A program made the translations under genes and the position numbers. A model generated the notes under the pieces. That model was not told where the DNA came from. It saw only the letters and a program-made list of their open reading frames with translations, and did not search any database. A stretch of 40,082 nt of DNA from a virus (Duplodnaviria; Caudoviricetes), in the IMG/VR virus record IMGVR_UViG_3300030397_000885, positions 1 to 40,082 of that record; one strand, given 5' to 3'. Below, piece by piece: positions 17,726 to 27,783 of the stretch (positions within the stretch are counted from its first letter, which is position 1; each line of letters starts with the position of its first letter).

Positions 17726-18187
17726 TTAAGTTACGACTATAATCTCTCCGGATACCGTAACCTTGCTGCTCTGGTTGGTTTCAAAAAAGGTGATGGATTC
17801 CCGGTCCCCACCCTTGTTGTAGCCACTAAAAAAGCTGCCGGCGATAATATCCGGATCGGCATTACAATCGTAGTAAATTGTGTCATCATCCTGCCAGACA
17901 GGATGGACGCGCACGGTGCCACCATTTATCAGGTGCGTGCGGAGAGTAATCAGCTTACCGACTGTGCCATTCCCATGGATTCGAAAATCCACATTAACAG
18001 AGTGAAACGGGTTGGAACCAGTAGCGCCTTGCATGAAGATTACCGTGTTTCCTTTTTGGGTGCGTTTTTGCACAGATGCGACCAATGGCCGCACATCCAC
18101 ATTGGTGATTTCCTGCTGGCTAAAATCCAAATTGGCCGTGGGGGATCCCCCGCTATCCAAGAAACTGATTCTAACTGCCGTTGCCAT
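17726..18187 (-). CDS. Putative tail-associated protein
   Basis: 153 aa, beta-rich, within the tail operon. Confidence 0.5.
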   Translation of the reverse strand: MATAVRISFLDSGGSPTANLDFSQQEITNVDVRPLVASVQKRTQKGNTVIFMQGATGSNPFHSVNVDFRIHGNGTVGKLITLRTHLINGGTVRVHPVWQDDDTIYYDCNADPDIIAGSFFSGYNKGGDRESITFFETNQSSKVTVSGEIIVVT

Positions 18188-18198
18188 CTCTTATTCCC

Positions 18199-18638
18199 CT
18201 ATTTATGCAATAACTCTGGAACATCGTTCGATTTGGACGGCTTTTTTGCCAATCCGTGATCATATAACCAATTAAATGTTAGTGTCCAAACCAAAGCCAT
18301 CATTGCGATCGCTGCGCCAAAAAGTAACAGGCCATTTGGCCACCACTGCCCCAGGCTTTCGCCCATTTTTAGCGCGGCGCCTGGCCAATATCCGCCCCTG
18401 GCCACGGCCAAAAACAGACAGAAGAGCATCAACCTTTTGGCTGTATGCCAGCCGTCCATTGTTTCAATGTCCAGAAAATCTTTTCCGCCAACCAGGCACG
18501 AAACCACAAGGGCTTAATGCGGGCAAAAATGGACAGTGGCCAGCGATGCTTTATCACATCCATCACGGCATTAAAAAACGCGGCCAATGCAATTAACCCG
18601 TAAGTAATCAAGGCGTCTACTGTAAATAAAAAACTCAT
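18199..18638 (-). pseudogene. Membrane protein apparently split by a 1-nt frameshift
   Basis: SD GGAGG before MSFLF. Frame 1 ends at 18429; the hydrophobic continuation DGWHTAKRLML... is in the -1 frame. Confidence 0.55.
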
Positions 18639-18654
18639 AACGACCTCCGTGTCA

Positions 18655-19065
18655 TTATATCCCAATAGCTAAAAAATCAATGTCAACCTGGTCATTTATA
18701 CTGGCTGCTGCCTCCAGGTCTATTGTTATTCTCACCTTGGTTTCATCTGAAGTAGCATCATAAACCGGCTTTACATTAATCACTTTCCCGGCTACGGGGC
18801 TGGCCGCCCGAGTCGATTGCCAGGCAATTAAAAAAGGCGTTTGGGTAAAGCCCGGGTCGCCCCAGTCGGAATCCGTGGCGAAAGTAATGGTTTTCGTCTC
18901 AGTGGCATCAGCAGATGACCAGGTAACCACTACGCTGCCGGCGGCAAGCTTTAAATTCTGCGTGGTTTTCGTGCGCGGACAGTGGCTTTGGTTCTCTTGT
19001 AGCTGGTTGATATCTGCGGCCAGAATTGCACCGAGCGCATTTACTGAAACTTCTTCGTAAGCCAT
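18655..19065 (-). CDS. Short tail-tip/fibre-type protein
   Basis: ILAADINQL N-terminus and ITF...FTQTP.....IDFLAIG lectin-like C-terminus. Confidence 0.6.
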   Translation of the reverse strand: MAYEEVSVNALGAILAADINQLQENQSHCPRTKTTQNLKLAAGSVVVTWSSADATETKTITFATDSDWGDPGFTQTPFLIAWQSTRAASPVAGKVINVKPVYDATSDETKVRITIDLEAAASINDQVDIDFLAIGI

Positions 19066-20831
19066 TAGAAATAAACCTTTCCGGAATCGTAATTATCCAC
19101 ATCGTAAAAGCCGACATCGCCCCAGGCATGTTGGGTATCAAAGGCTTTTACATCGACAATTCCTTTATCCTTGTTTTTGGATAAATCAAAGATTAGCACC
19201 GGCACGCCCGATAGGGGAGGGTTGTGGCTGCTTACCTCAAATCGTTCCGCCAGCGCCAGGGCAATGCCATGATTAAACAGCACCTTAAAGCCAACAATCC
19301 GACCGCCGCGATTCCACATGGCATAATAGCGTTCTGCCGCGGCCTTCGCCTGGGAGCGAGTGAGGTAGAACGGCATCTTTAGTTCCACCGCATTGGCCTG
19401 GGAGTTTTCCGGAAACGTGTAGCTGTAGGCAAATTCGCCGGTGGTGTAGCTGTAATCATAAAGCACCTTTACCGCATCAATTGGTTGGCGGTAGCTGACC
19501 TCCAGCTCATCATCGGTAATTTCCGTGTCGCCGTCGAGAGTGGCAGGGCTGGCGTTGTAAATCGGTTGAAAGAAGGAATAATCCAGCTTGCCATCTGTGC
19601 CGATATACATCGAAAGATTGAGATGATGGCAAAACACCGCAGCGGCTTGTAAACAGGTAATCTGCCGTTTGAAGAGTCCCACCGGTGCGATGCTGTGCAT
19701 CAGCGGCAACCAGTTGGCAATCAGGGTGTTGCTGGCGGAAGAATCATAAAAGTCACTGCTGAGGCAATTACCAACGACCTGGTTTAAGCCTTCCGCCAGA
19801 TGAGTGTGAGCGGATGGCTGCTGGTAAAATGTCTCGATGATAATTTTGTCGCCAATCTCGAAGGTGCCGGACCAGTCGCTGGTAAGGATCTCCAGGCTGG
19901 AATAATCCGAAAAACCCTGGGGATCGCTATACCAGTGCTGGGTTGAGCTGCCCTCCTTCGTGCGCCCATCCGGCATTTGCACGGAAAACGAGATTGTGGA
20001 TCCGGCCACCTTGGTAATTTCAACCTCCCAGCTGCCAATGTGCGCCTTGCTCCAGTTTACATTCGTCTCATCGATTGAGAGGGTGCCTTCGCTGGCATCG
20101 GCGCGCTGGTATTCTTTTACGGAGGCGGTATTGGCGCCCAGGTTATCGCTGAGCAGGTTGCCAAGCGCGTCTTTTAGCCGGATTTCCGCTTCCCCCATGC
20201 GGAAGTCCGGCAAGCGCTCGATGATATACTTACCAGCGGTAAGTTTTTCGCCGGAGTCGTTCAGAATATATTCCAGCGTGGCCGGCCGGCCAATCAAATC
20301 ATTAATGGTAAATACGCTGCCGATCGGCATGGCGTAATTCGGGGAGAAAATACTGGTAAAAGTGAAGCGGTGCCGGGTATTACTATCCGTCGGTGCCACC
20401 TGGGAAATAGTGCCGGTCCAGCTCACTTTGCCATCACTCAAGGTCGCTTTGTAACCAATCAAATCGTAGATACTTGACAGCCCCAGGGGAACGGTAGAGA
20501 TAAACGGCACTTTCACGGATAAAGCGCCCTGGGAGATCGTGGTAACGGTGGCGGTCCGGAAGACATTAAACAGCGCACCGGCCTTTTCCGCATCAAATTT
20601 GCGATCTTCATTTAGCAGCTTCACGCTAATGCCGCCCACGGTAAACTGCTCTATGGATTCATCCAGATCAATGCGCTTGGACATCCGCGGCGCATCCACA
20701 CTTATCAGGTCATCTTCCAGCACCTGGTCGCCATCATCGGTGTGCAGGGTAAGGCGGTAGTAAATCGGTTCAATGGTCGCCTTATCCAGCTCGGCCTGCT
20801 GGCCAGCGGTTAATTGAGCAAGTTTGGCCAT
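19065..20831 (-). CDS. Tail tip / hub-like protein
   Basis: 588 aa directly after the tape measure gene, TAATG coupling. Confidence 0.6.
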   Translation of the reverse strand: MAKLAQLTAGQQAELDKATIEPIYYRLTLHTDDGDQVLEDDLISVDAPRMSKRIDLDESIEQFTVGGISVKLLNEDRKFDAEKAGALFNVFRTATVTTISQGALSVKVPFISTVPLGLSSIYDLIGYKATLSDGKVSWTGTISQVAPTDSNTRHRFTFTSIFSPNYAMPIGSVFTINDLIGRPATLEYILNDSGEKLTAGKYIIERLPDFRMGEAEIRLKDALGNLLSDNLGANTASVKEYQRADASEGTLSIDETNVNWSKAHIGSWEVEITKVAGSTISFSVQMPDGRTKEGSSTQHWYSDPQGFSDYSSLEILTSDWSGTFEIGDKIIIETFYQQPSAHTHLAEGLNQVVGNCLSSDFYDSSASNTLIANWLPLMHSIAPVGLFKRQITCLQAAAVFCHHLNLSMYIGTDGKLDYSFFQPIYNASPATLDGDTEITDDELEVSYRQPIDAVKVLYDYSYTTGEFAYSYTFPENSQANAVELKMPFYLTRSQAKAAAERYYAMWNRGGRIVGFKVLFNHGIALALAERFEVSSHNPPLSGVPVLIFDLSKNKDKGIVDVKAFDTQHAWGDVGFYDVDNYDSGKVYF

Positions 20832-23800
20832 TAGAACAATCCCTCCGTGCTGCTGCGCCGCTGGCGGTTTTTCTGGTTTCGGTGCGGCTCCAGGATTTTA
20901 TCTTCGACCTCAATGTGATGGGCCCGCACGCTAGCGCCGTCCGCCTGAATTAATTCCAGTTCGGTTTTAACACGCACCGGCACTTGCTGCACGGTGTGTA
21001 CTTGCTGAATAATCCCCGCGCCGGCAGCGCCGCCAGGCATAAAAACGCCGGGAGCGATTGGTGGGGGAGTAAGCGGCCCGGGCACTGCCGCCTGAAAGGC
21101 TGCCTGCACCATCGGCAATGGTTTACCGGCATGGATGGCATCGAGGATGTGCCCATAGCGCGCCACCTCGCCGACGGTCATTACATCCTCACCGACCTGC
21201 AGCCCGGCAAGACCATCGTCTCCCTTTGGTGTAAAAGGTGATGGAGTTAAATCATCCCGGCGCACCCGCCCGCCCTGGGCTTTTCCCTTAATGCCTTTTA
21301 AGGTGGACATCATTGTCGCAATAAAGCCGAGCGCCAACGCCAGGCCGACAAAAGGAATTTTCGAATGGGCGGCAATAAACCCGCTGGCCGCTTCCGATGT
21401 GTTGGCCGCAGCTTTAGCGCCACTACGGGCGATCTCCGCACTGTCATGCGCCGTTTTCTGACCGGCGGCGGCAGTCTCGATGGCCATTTCAGTTGTTTTT
21501 TGAGACTGAAAAACGGCCGTCTCTTTCAGGGAGGCGAGTATCCGCGCTTTCAGGGCATCAAAAATGGCATTTTTCAGGGCATCGTAAAAGCTCATGAAAA
21601 TTTCCATACGCTTCTCCGCGCCGGTTTTTTCCGTGTCGAGCAGATTGGCGGCAAAAGTGTCGTAACTGGCCTCCAGGCCGCTCAGGATGCCGTTGCGGTT
21701 GATCATGTCCTGCACATAGATATCCGCCAGGTGGTCGGCCAGCGCCTGGTTTAGCTGGGCGATATCTTCGGTTTTCGCGGCCTCAATGATCTTCAGCTGG
21801 TCGGCATTGCCGGCAGCGAGGGCCAGCTGCTCAGAATAGAACTGGTTGAGGGCAGCCATCATCCGCTGAAAGGATGCCAGCACATCCGCCTCGGTATCTC
21901 CCAGGTCAATCTCCAATTGAAACTGGGCTTTCAGGGAATCGTTCAGACGCTTAAGATCAACCTTTTTCAGCGCGTTGACCAGTTCCTGCTCTTTCAAGCT
22001 GGCCAGTTCCGCGCTCACCTTGCGGGCCTCGGCGATCTCCACGGCATAGCGCTCCCGCAGGGCCGCTTTTTCCCGTTCGTATTTGCCCAGGGAGGTATCC
22101 AGCTCGATGCCGTCTAAAGCAAGCTTCTGCCGCAGGGCGTCGGTGGCAGCATCAATTTCCGCCTGCTCCTGCTGGTTGATCAGCGCCAGCTGGTTATCCA
22201 GCTCTTTCTGTTTCAGGTCGGCCAGTGCCGCGCTTTTCGTGCGGGCGGTGTTAATCTCCGCTTCGTAACGGGCAGTGACCGCTTCGCGCATTTTGTCGTA
22301 TTTGGAGAGCTCGCCGTTTAACTCTATTTCATCGAGGCGTTGTTTTAGCTTACTGGCTTCCAGCTGCTTTTTGATCTGGTCATCAAGGTTTTTGGTTGCG
22401 TTGCTGCCACTGGTGGTTTTTGTAGCTTTTTTTCTGGTGGCTTCCAACTCTTTGAAACGGTTGATTAGCTTCCCGGCCAGTTCCTCGGAGATGTCCAGTT
22501 CCGCGCTCAGGGTTTCCGGGGTTGAGGTGGTGAGATCAAATAAAGTGTTTGCAGCAAAAGCCATACTATTAAGAGCTTTACCTGCTTCTGCGGCCTGGTC
22601 TTCAAGCTCACTAACTTCTGCCCTGTATTTTGCAATTGCCTGAGCATTGGATAGCGTTTGAGTATTAGCACCACCAACGGGCCCAAAAGTCTCAGATTTC
22701 CCGGAGTCTTTCAGCTCCTTGATTTTCTTTTGGCGGATATCCGTTTCCAGATTAAGCCTCTGAATTGCCTTAGTGCTTTTCTCAACCGTATCCTTTATAT
22801 CAAAAATACGGTCGGCTTCCCGAAGTTTTAATAATTCTCGTTGCCCTTTAATAAAATCCTCGACCAATCCTAAATTAACATCCAGCGCTTCACCATAATC
22901 GCCGAACTCAGTAGAGACACCATCCACAGCACCGGAAAGCTGCTTCACAATTCCCTTTAACTCATCCTGTTGCTCTAAGGTAGGGGAGGCAATCGATTTC
23001 AGTTCCTTATACCGATCAACCATTTTCTGCAAAGAATCCGTCTGTTTGTTGATGGCATTTCTCGATGTTACGAATTCCTCGGTGAGCTGTTGAATACGAC
23101 TGCCGCCACCGACGCCGAGGCTGTCCAGAAAAGTGTTGGCGCCAGCAGCTGCCTCTGCAAAAAAGTTGATAAAGGCATCGCCGGACTCACTCAAAAACTG
23201 CCCGATACGCACTTTCAAATTCTCTACTGCCGCTGCATTTGCGCGTATTTTTTCCGCATTGGTTGTGGCAATTTCCCCGGAGGCGGCCAGGCGTTCGTTC
23301 ATCAATTTTACAACGGCGCTGGCCAGCAGATTGCGGCGCTCCACCGCGCTGAGGGCGTTGGCGTTTTTCCCCAGGGCGCGGGCCTGATTTTCAATTTCGC
23401 CATTTACCTGGGCAAGGGAGAATCCAAAATTATCCAGCAGCTCCGTGGATCCACGGAAAACACCACCAAGGATGTTATTAAACACCTCCAGCGTATTTGA
23501 TCCTTTCCGAACACTTTCCAGGCGGGCAAATTTAGCGAAGGTTTCCAACTGTTCATTGGTGCCACCCAGATCGATTCCGGAAAGGGCAGTACGCATCAGC
23601 TCCACATCGGGAACAGCGCCACGCACATTGTTACGGAGGTTTGATAATAGCTGGCTGGAATTATCGAGCTTGTTAAAGGCATTGGCGACATCAGTAGCTT
23701 CCGCACCGATCTTGGCCAGATTATTAGCTATCCGGGCGCCCTCGATGAGCGCAGCCACGCTGACAAAACCCGCAACGCCCTTGGTAAGAGTACTAAGGCC

Positions 23801-23926
23801 TTTGTCGGCCTTCTGTCCGCCATTTTTAATACCATCCATCTCATCCTGGAGTTGTTCCAATTCCCGGAGTGCTTGCTGCACATCGGCGATGGCGGAAATT
23901 ACAATATCGTTGCGTCTGCGTGGCAT
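20831..23926 (-). CDS. Tail tape measure protein
   Basis: About 1031 aa, Ala/Leu-rich helical with hydrophobic segments; follows the chaperone pair; start probably MPRRRND. Confidence 0.88.
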   Translation of the reverse strand: MPRRRNDIVISAIADVQQALRELEQLQDEMDGIKNGGQKADKGLSTLTKGVAGFVSVAALIEGARIANNLAKIGAEATDVANAFNKLDNSSQLLSNLRNNVRGAVPDVELMRTALSGIDLGGTNEQLETFAKFARLESVRKGSNTLEVFNNILGGVFRGSTELLDNFGFSLAQVNGEIENQARALGKNANALSAVERRNLLASAVVKLMNERLAASGEIATTNAEKIRANAAAVENLKVRIGQFLSESGDAFINFFAEAAAGANTFLDSLGVGGGSRIQQLTEEFVTSRNAINKQTDSLQKMVDRYKELKSIASPTLEQQDELKGIVKQLSGAVDGVSTEFGDYGEALDVNLGLVEDFIKGQRELLKLREADRIFDIKDTVEKSTKAIQRLNLETDIRQKKIKELKDSGKSETFGPVGGANTQTLSNAQAIAKYRAEVSELEDQAAEAGKALNSMAFAANTLFDLTTSTPETLSAELDISEELAGKLINRFKELEATRKKATKTTSGSNATKNLDDQIKKQLEASKLKQRLDEIELNGELSKYDKMREAVTARYEAEINTARTKSAALADLKQKELDNQLALINQQEQAEIDAATDALRQKLALDGIELDTSLGKYEREKAALRERYAVEIAEARKVSAELASLKEQELVNALKKVDLKRLNDSLKAQFQLEIDLGDTEADVLASFQRMMAALNQFYSEQLALAAGNADQLKIIEAAKTEDIAQLNQALADHLADIYVQDMINRNGILSGLEASYDTFAANLLDTEKTGAEKRMEIFMSFYDALKNAIFDALKARILASLKETAVFQSQKTTEMAIETAAAGQKTAHDSAEIARSGAKAAANTSEAASGFIAAHSKIPFVGLALALGFIATMMSTLKGIKGKAQGGRVRRDDLTPSPFTPKGDDGLAGLQVGEDVMTVGEVARYGHILDAIHAGKPLPMVQAAFQAAVPGPLTPPPIAPGVFMPGGAAGAGIIQQVHTVQQVPVRVKTELELIQADGASVRAHHIEVEDKILEPHRNQKNRQRRSSTEGLF

Positions 23927-23998
23927 AACCCGTCCCTGGGCAAACACTTACCGGGCAGTTGCCCGGCAAGCGGTATATTGAGTGGGGGATGGGGAAAG

Positions 23999-24253
23999 TT
24001 AGCCGGTCAGCTTTTCGGTGAATTCCAGTATCTTAACAATACGGTTATCCAGCTTCTGGCTGCTAATCCGCAGGCCTTCCATAATTGCTTCCTGGTCGTA
24101 ATGCCTGCGGACGACCTTCGGCCCATCGTTATTTTCCATGTAAAGAAGCGCGCCACTCACCATTCCGTGGTGAATGTCCAAAGATTCGTAAAGCTGTGCG
24201 CGGATCTTCTGGAGTTTTTCCTGCTGCCTGGGGGTTAATTTGGAGTTTGCCAT
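23999..24253 (-). CDS. Small orphan protein of antisense cassette 2
   Basis: Paralog of 3713..3970; SD AGGAGG. Confidence 0.85.
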   Translation of the reverse strand: MANSKLTPRQQEKLQKIRAQLYESLDIHHGMVSGALLYMENNDGPKVVRRHYDQEAIMEGLRISSQKLDNRIVKILEFTEKLTG

Positions 24254-24288
24254 GATGGCCTCCTGTAGATTTTAGTAAGAAGTAAAAA

Positions 24289-24383
24289 AGCCGAGTTTTA
24301 CTAACGTCCCACAGGAAACGCTCCGCCCCTCACGGTCACCTTACGGATCGCCTGGCAATGCCAGACTAGCGGAAAACTCGGCT
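24289..24383 (-). ncRNA. C4/CI-like antisense RNA, copy 2
   Basis: Same closing stem and GTAA/GTGA hairpins as copy 1. Boxes TTCCTGTGG and TTAGT are complementary to ACTAA...CTACAGG upstream and at the SD. Confidence 0.8.
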
Positions 24384-24407
24384 CTATAATTTAAATGCTG
24401 CGTACAT

Positions 24408-24493
24408 AAAAAAAGCCGCGAAATATTGCGGCGGATCGTTCCGCCTGTAGGTTTTAGTGCTTTGATAATAGCAAAGTTTTTGCCTTTTTTCAA
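24408..24493 (-). promoter_or_regulatory. Cassette 2 promoter, operator, upstream target and attenuator
   Basis: TTGAAA-17-TATTAT; CTTTGA-N5-GCAAAG at 24460-24476; GGCGG/CCGCC hairpin overlaps GCCGCAA-tatt-TCGCGGC-T7. Confidence 0.7.
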
Positions 24494-24525
24494 GAAATTT
24501 CTATTTCTACACATTTCTTTATCCT

Positions 24526-24804
24526 TTAAGCCATCCCCTTAAAGCGGGGCTTACCCGGCGGTTGTGCCGCTTGCTGCGCGCTGGCGGCAATCCGCCGCTG
24601 CTGCGCATTATAGGCGTTGAGCATGGCCACCATCGTATAGAGCTGAATAAGGTTCACTTCCCGGTAGAAATAATCCGGCGATTGGTGCAGGTGGACGGAA
24701 AGTATGATTAATGTTTCGCCCCAGCTGCTGCTGAGTCCGGAACCGGCAGATTCTCCAGAAAATTTCTGATGAACTGAATCTGATACAGATTGGACTTTTT
24801 TTTT
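24526..24804 (-). CDS. Tail assembly chaperone, -1 frameshift extension (gpT-like)
   Basis: The open -1 frame continues from slippery GTA AAA AAA AAG at 24795-24806. Confidence 0.75.
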   Translation of the reverse strand, partial: KKKVQSVSDSVHQKFSGESAGSGLSSSWGETLIILSVHLHQSPDYFYREVNLIQLYTMVAMLNAYNAQQRRIAASAQQAAQPPGKPRFKGMA

Positions 24805-25211
24805 ACCGCGAGGTAAATTTGCAGCAGACATTCCTGGTATGCTTCCTTCTGGTGCAGCTCAATGTTGCCAATCCGTTCGTAAATAGCGGCGTTCAGCTGC
24901 TCGGAGCTAATGTTGGCCATGGTGGCATCGCTGCCGTTTTCCAGGAAATAAATCACCGCGCCCAGCTGCGCGATGTCATCAAAATTCACCTTTTCGATGC
25001 TGCCGAAGCGCCTGTTAATCATCATCTCGCTCAGCAAGGTCGGCAAGGGCAGCTGCACCTCGCCAACGCTGTGGAAACGCGCGGAAAGATCGTCCACATT
25101 AATGGCGCGATCTTTCGCAAGTTGTTGCTCACGCTGGTTCGCTTCCTTTTCCTCCCGGATGCGTTTCAGATGACCGATCTGTTCATTAATGTCATAATCA
25201 CTCGATGGCAT
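24708..25211 (-). CDS. Tail assembly chaperone (gpG-like)
   Basis: Lies between tail tube and tape measure; SD AAGGAG; contains A AAA AAG. Confidence 0.75.
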   Translation of the reverse strand: MPSSDYDINEQIGHLKRIREEKEANQREQQLAKDRAINVDDLSARFHSVGEVQLPLPTLLSEMMINRRFGSIEKVNFDDIAQLGAVIYFLENGSDATMANISSEQLNAAIYERIGNIELHQKEAYQECLLQIYLAVKKKSNLYQIQFIRNFLENLPVPDSAAAGAKH

Positions 25212-25219
25212 TTTTCTCC

Positions 25220-25945
25220 TTACGGCCAGTATTTCTCAAAATCGCCTGCGTTGCTGACCACAATATTAGCATCAAAGCCAGGCAAGGCAAAATCGCGGTT
25301 GCCGGCAGCAAAGCCAAACTCACTAATGCGATCACATTTGGCGGCATAAATAATTACATCATTTTGGTTGCCATCATACGGGTTATAATGGCGTAACGAT
25401 CCCCACATCTCAAACTGGCTGGGCAGTGTGGACTGCGAGAAGCGGCTGGTCGTGCCATTGGCGGCATCGGTGTAGAAGTAAGTCACATCGAAATCATCTT
25501 CCGATTGCGAGGCATTTAAGGTAATCGTGGTGCCGCTCACCGTGTATTCACCGACTGCCGGGGAAGATGACACGCGCTTCAAGGGGTTTTTGTTGGCTCC
25601 GGCTGGCACTACCATCAAGGTATTCTCAACGTAGGTAGCATCTGCAATGGTTAAATCATTAGTGCTTTTCGTGAGCGTGTTAGAGCGTTTCCGCTTAACG
25701 GTGCCAACAACCGCAGTTGCGCCCGTTATAAGATTAAAAACTTCAGGAGTTAATCCGGCAAATTCCAGGCGGGCAGTAAGAATACTACCAGCGGGAACAA
25801 TTATTTGTCCGCCACCATCGCCGCGCACACCTTGAATGGTGTCCACACCGAAATTTACTCCTAAGTTCTGCACATCAAAGGCCTGGTTGCCGCCCAAAAA
25901 CAAACGGCCTTCCCCCCAGGACCATCCAGGTGTTAAAGCGCCCAA
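25220..25945 (-). CDS. Major tail tube protein
   Basis: TTG start with SD GGAGG; Gly/Thr beta-rich; syntenic position. Confidence 0.75.
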   Translation of the reverse strand: MGALTPGWSWGEGRLFLGGNQAFDVQNLGVNFGVDTIQGVRGDGGGQIIVPAGSILTARLEFAGLTPEVFNLITGATAVVGTVKRKRSNTLTKSTNDLTIADATYVENTLMVVPAGANKNPLKRVSSSPAVGEYTVSGTTITLNASQSEDDFDVTYFYTDAANGTTSRFSQSTLPSQFEMWGSLRHYNPYDGNQNDVIIYAAKCDRISEFGFAAGNRDFALPGFDANIVVSNAGDFEKYWP

Positions 25946-25970
25946 AATGACCTCCTTGTCATTTTAAATT

Positions 25971-26255
25971 TTACTTGTAAACGATTGTATAAATATTGCT
26001 GGCCAGATCCTGTCTGGCCAGCTTAATAAAGCGTTCGCAGGGAGCTTCAATAATCGTCCCGGCGGGTTTTTCTTCTGCGTGATGTTCATAAAGCACAATT
26101 GCCTGGTGCTTTAAAACAATTTTTGCCACCTGCCCCGGTGTTTCCGGTGGCGGGGATTCCTGCTGAATAACCGGTAAATTTTCCGGGTCAATATTCGGTT
26201 CTTCCTGAATCACATCATCCAGGAAAACATCTTCATTTTTTTTACCTTTAGGCAT
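25971..26255 (-). CDS. Hypothetical protein
   Basis: SD AGGAG; operon packing. Confidence 0.6.
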   Translation of the reverse strand: MPKGKKNEDVFLDDVIQEEPNIDPENLPVIQQESPPPETPGQVAKIVLKHQAIVLYEHHAEEKPAGTIIEAPCERFIKLARQDLASNIYTIVYK

Positions 26256-26706
26256 CTGCGACTCCTAAATTAATTTGTATTACCATGCTGACGGTAAACT
26301 GCAAATTTGAATCATCCTTAAATGCCGGCAGCAGGGTAGCGCTTTCTACTTCGATCTGGGATATATCCTCAGAGATCGGGCTATCCGTAAAGCGGGGCGC
26401 TGCCGCTTTTATTTCATCGATCAAGTTCGATGAAATCTCCTTCACCAGGGCATCCACCGCGGCAACATCGCCACCACGATGAACAACCTCCAGCACTGCG
26501 GGTAAACTGTCCAGCCCATGGGCTTCGGGGGAGTAACCCACAGACTGAACCCCGCAGGCAGGAAGTTGATCATTGCGGTACTGCCGGATATCATCCACCA
26601 GCTTTTCATGAACATGCTGTAAAGCACCGGCATGATAGAGCGTTGCCGTTTTCGATTGGATAAAATTCACCAATAAACTTTCGATGGCATTAAATTTATT
26701 GTCCAT
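26248..26706 (-). CDS. Putative tail terminator/completion protein
   Basis: Size and position; DQLPACGV motif. Confidence 0.55.
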   Translation of the reverse strand: MDNKFNAIESLLVNFIQSKTATLYHAGALQHVHEKLVDDIRQYRNDQLPACGVQSVGYSPEAHGLDSLPAVLEVVHRGGDVAAVDALVKEISSNLIDEIKAAAPRFTDSPISEDISQIEVESATLLPAFKDDSNLQFTVSMVIQINLGVADA

Positions 26707-27307
26707 TGGCACCACTCAGATGTTTAACAATTTGTTTCCGCAAAAAATTAACATCGGTGGGATCCTCGAAATACTGAAACGGACGCATCGCATGTTGAGC
26801 ATCCGCATAAGGAACCGGGGTGTCCATCGTTAAAACCCTTCCTCGGCGGATGCGCATATCAGTGAGCAACGCCTGGCGCAGGCGGCCTTTATCGGCCATT
26901 AACGAACTGCCTTTGCTGACCCGTTTTTTCGATGCGCGCAAACGTCCTCGCACTTTACCGCCGGTGCTCCGCTGGCCACGCAACTGGCGGCTTTTTAAAT
27001 CGCTAAAAGCGCCCCTGGTCAGTCCCCCACGGGCATTACGGGCACTACGCCCGGCCCGGATCCTATCCACACCGCCCCAGGCCGGCACGGTAACGCCATC
27101 GGTGGCCCGGGTATACTGGTCCGCCCAGGGTGCCCAGGTAGCGGAGCGAAAGGTGCCTCCCTGGCGTAAACGGCGAAACATCAGCACCGTGCGGCGGATC
27201 ATGTAGGCATGAAAATCATTAAATGCCGGCGTTAGATCGCTCAAACGATCGGCAACGCCCTGTATCTCAATGACCCCGATCCGGGTGTCTGTTTTCAGCC
27301 GGATCAT
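26696..27307 (-). CDS. Virion morphogenesis / neck protein (Mu gpG-like)
   Basis: DLTPAF...WAPW...LMADKGRLRQAL...VPYADAQH..RPF. Confidence 0.7.
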   Translation of the reverse strand: MIRLKTDTRIGVIEIQGVADRLSDLTPAFNDFHAYMIRRTVLMFRRLRQGGTFRSATWAPWADQYTRATDGVTVPAWGGVDRIRAGRSARNARGGLTRGAFSDLKSRQLRGQRSTGGKVRGRLRASKKRVSKGSSLMADKGRLRQALLTDMRIRRGRVLTMDTPVPYADAQHAMRPFQYFEDPTDVNFLRKQIVKHLSGANGQ

Positions 27308-27783
27308 TAAAATTTATCCAACTCGGCTGGATTAAATATCGCCTTCTGCCCCGGTGTGTTACGATCTGCATATTGCGGATCTTCCACACTTTTCAGTTTG
27401 CTGTTGTAAACGGAGGTGCCATCGCTCAGAACTACATCGGTATTCCCTTCGCGGATACCTTCGAGAATGGCTTCTGCTTTATCTTCAAGGATTGTCCGCT
27501 GATTGGCATCTTTATCATGGAGCTGTCCCATGCGCTGGTACTGCCGTGCCGCCGCCAGATAGATTGCCGCCAGCGCCACAATTCTCGGCGTGGCCGGCGA
27601 GTCGGTAATATCCGGGAATTTTTGGGCGCCGCTGTTATATGCCAGGGGAAAGGCTGTGCCTACCCCGGCCTCTACCAAATCGGAAGCGTGGGCAATATCG
27701 ATCGCGATATTATCCGTCACGCTCGCCGGGGGAGACGGCGGCAGCTCCAGCAATACATCGGCGGATGTGCAGTAAGTTGGCAT
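27307..27783 (-). CDS. Head-tail adaptor (Mu gp36-like)
   Basis: YCTSADV...IAHASDLVE...AIYLAA...AILEGIREG. Confidence 0.7.
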   Translation of the reverse strand: MPTYCTSADVLLELPPSPPASVTDNIAIDIAHASDLVEAGVGTAFPLAYNSGAQKFPDITDSPATPRIVALAAIYLAAARQYQRMGQLHDKDANQRTILEDKAEAILEGIREGNTDVVLSDGTSVYNSKLKSVEDPQYADRNTPGQKAIFNPAELDKF

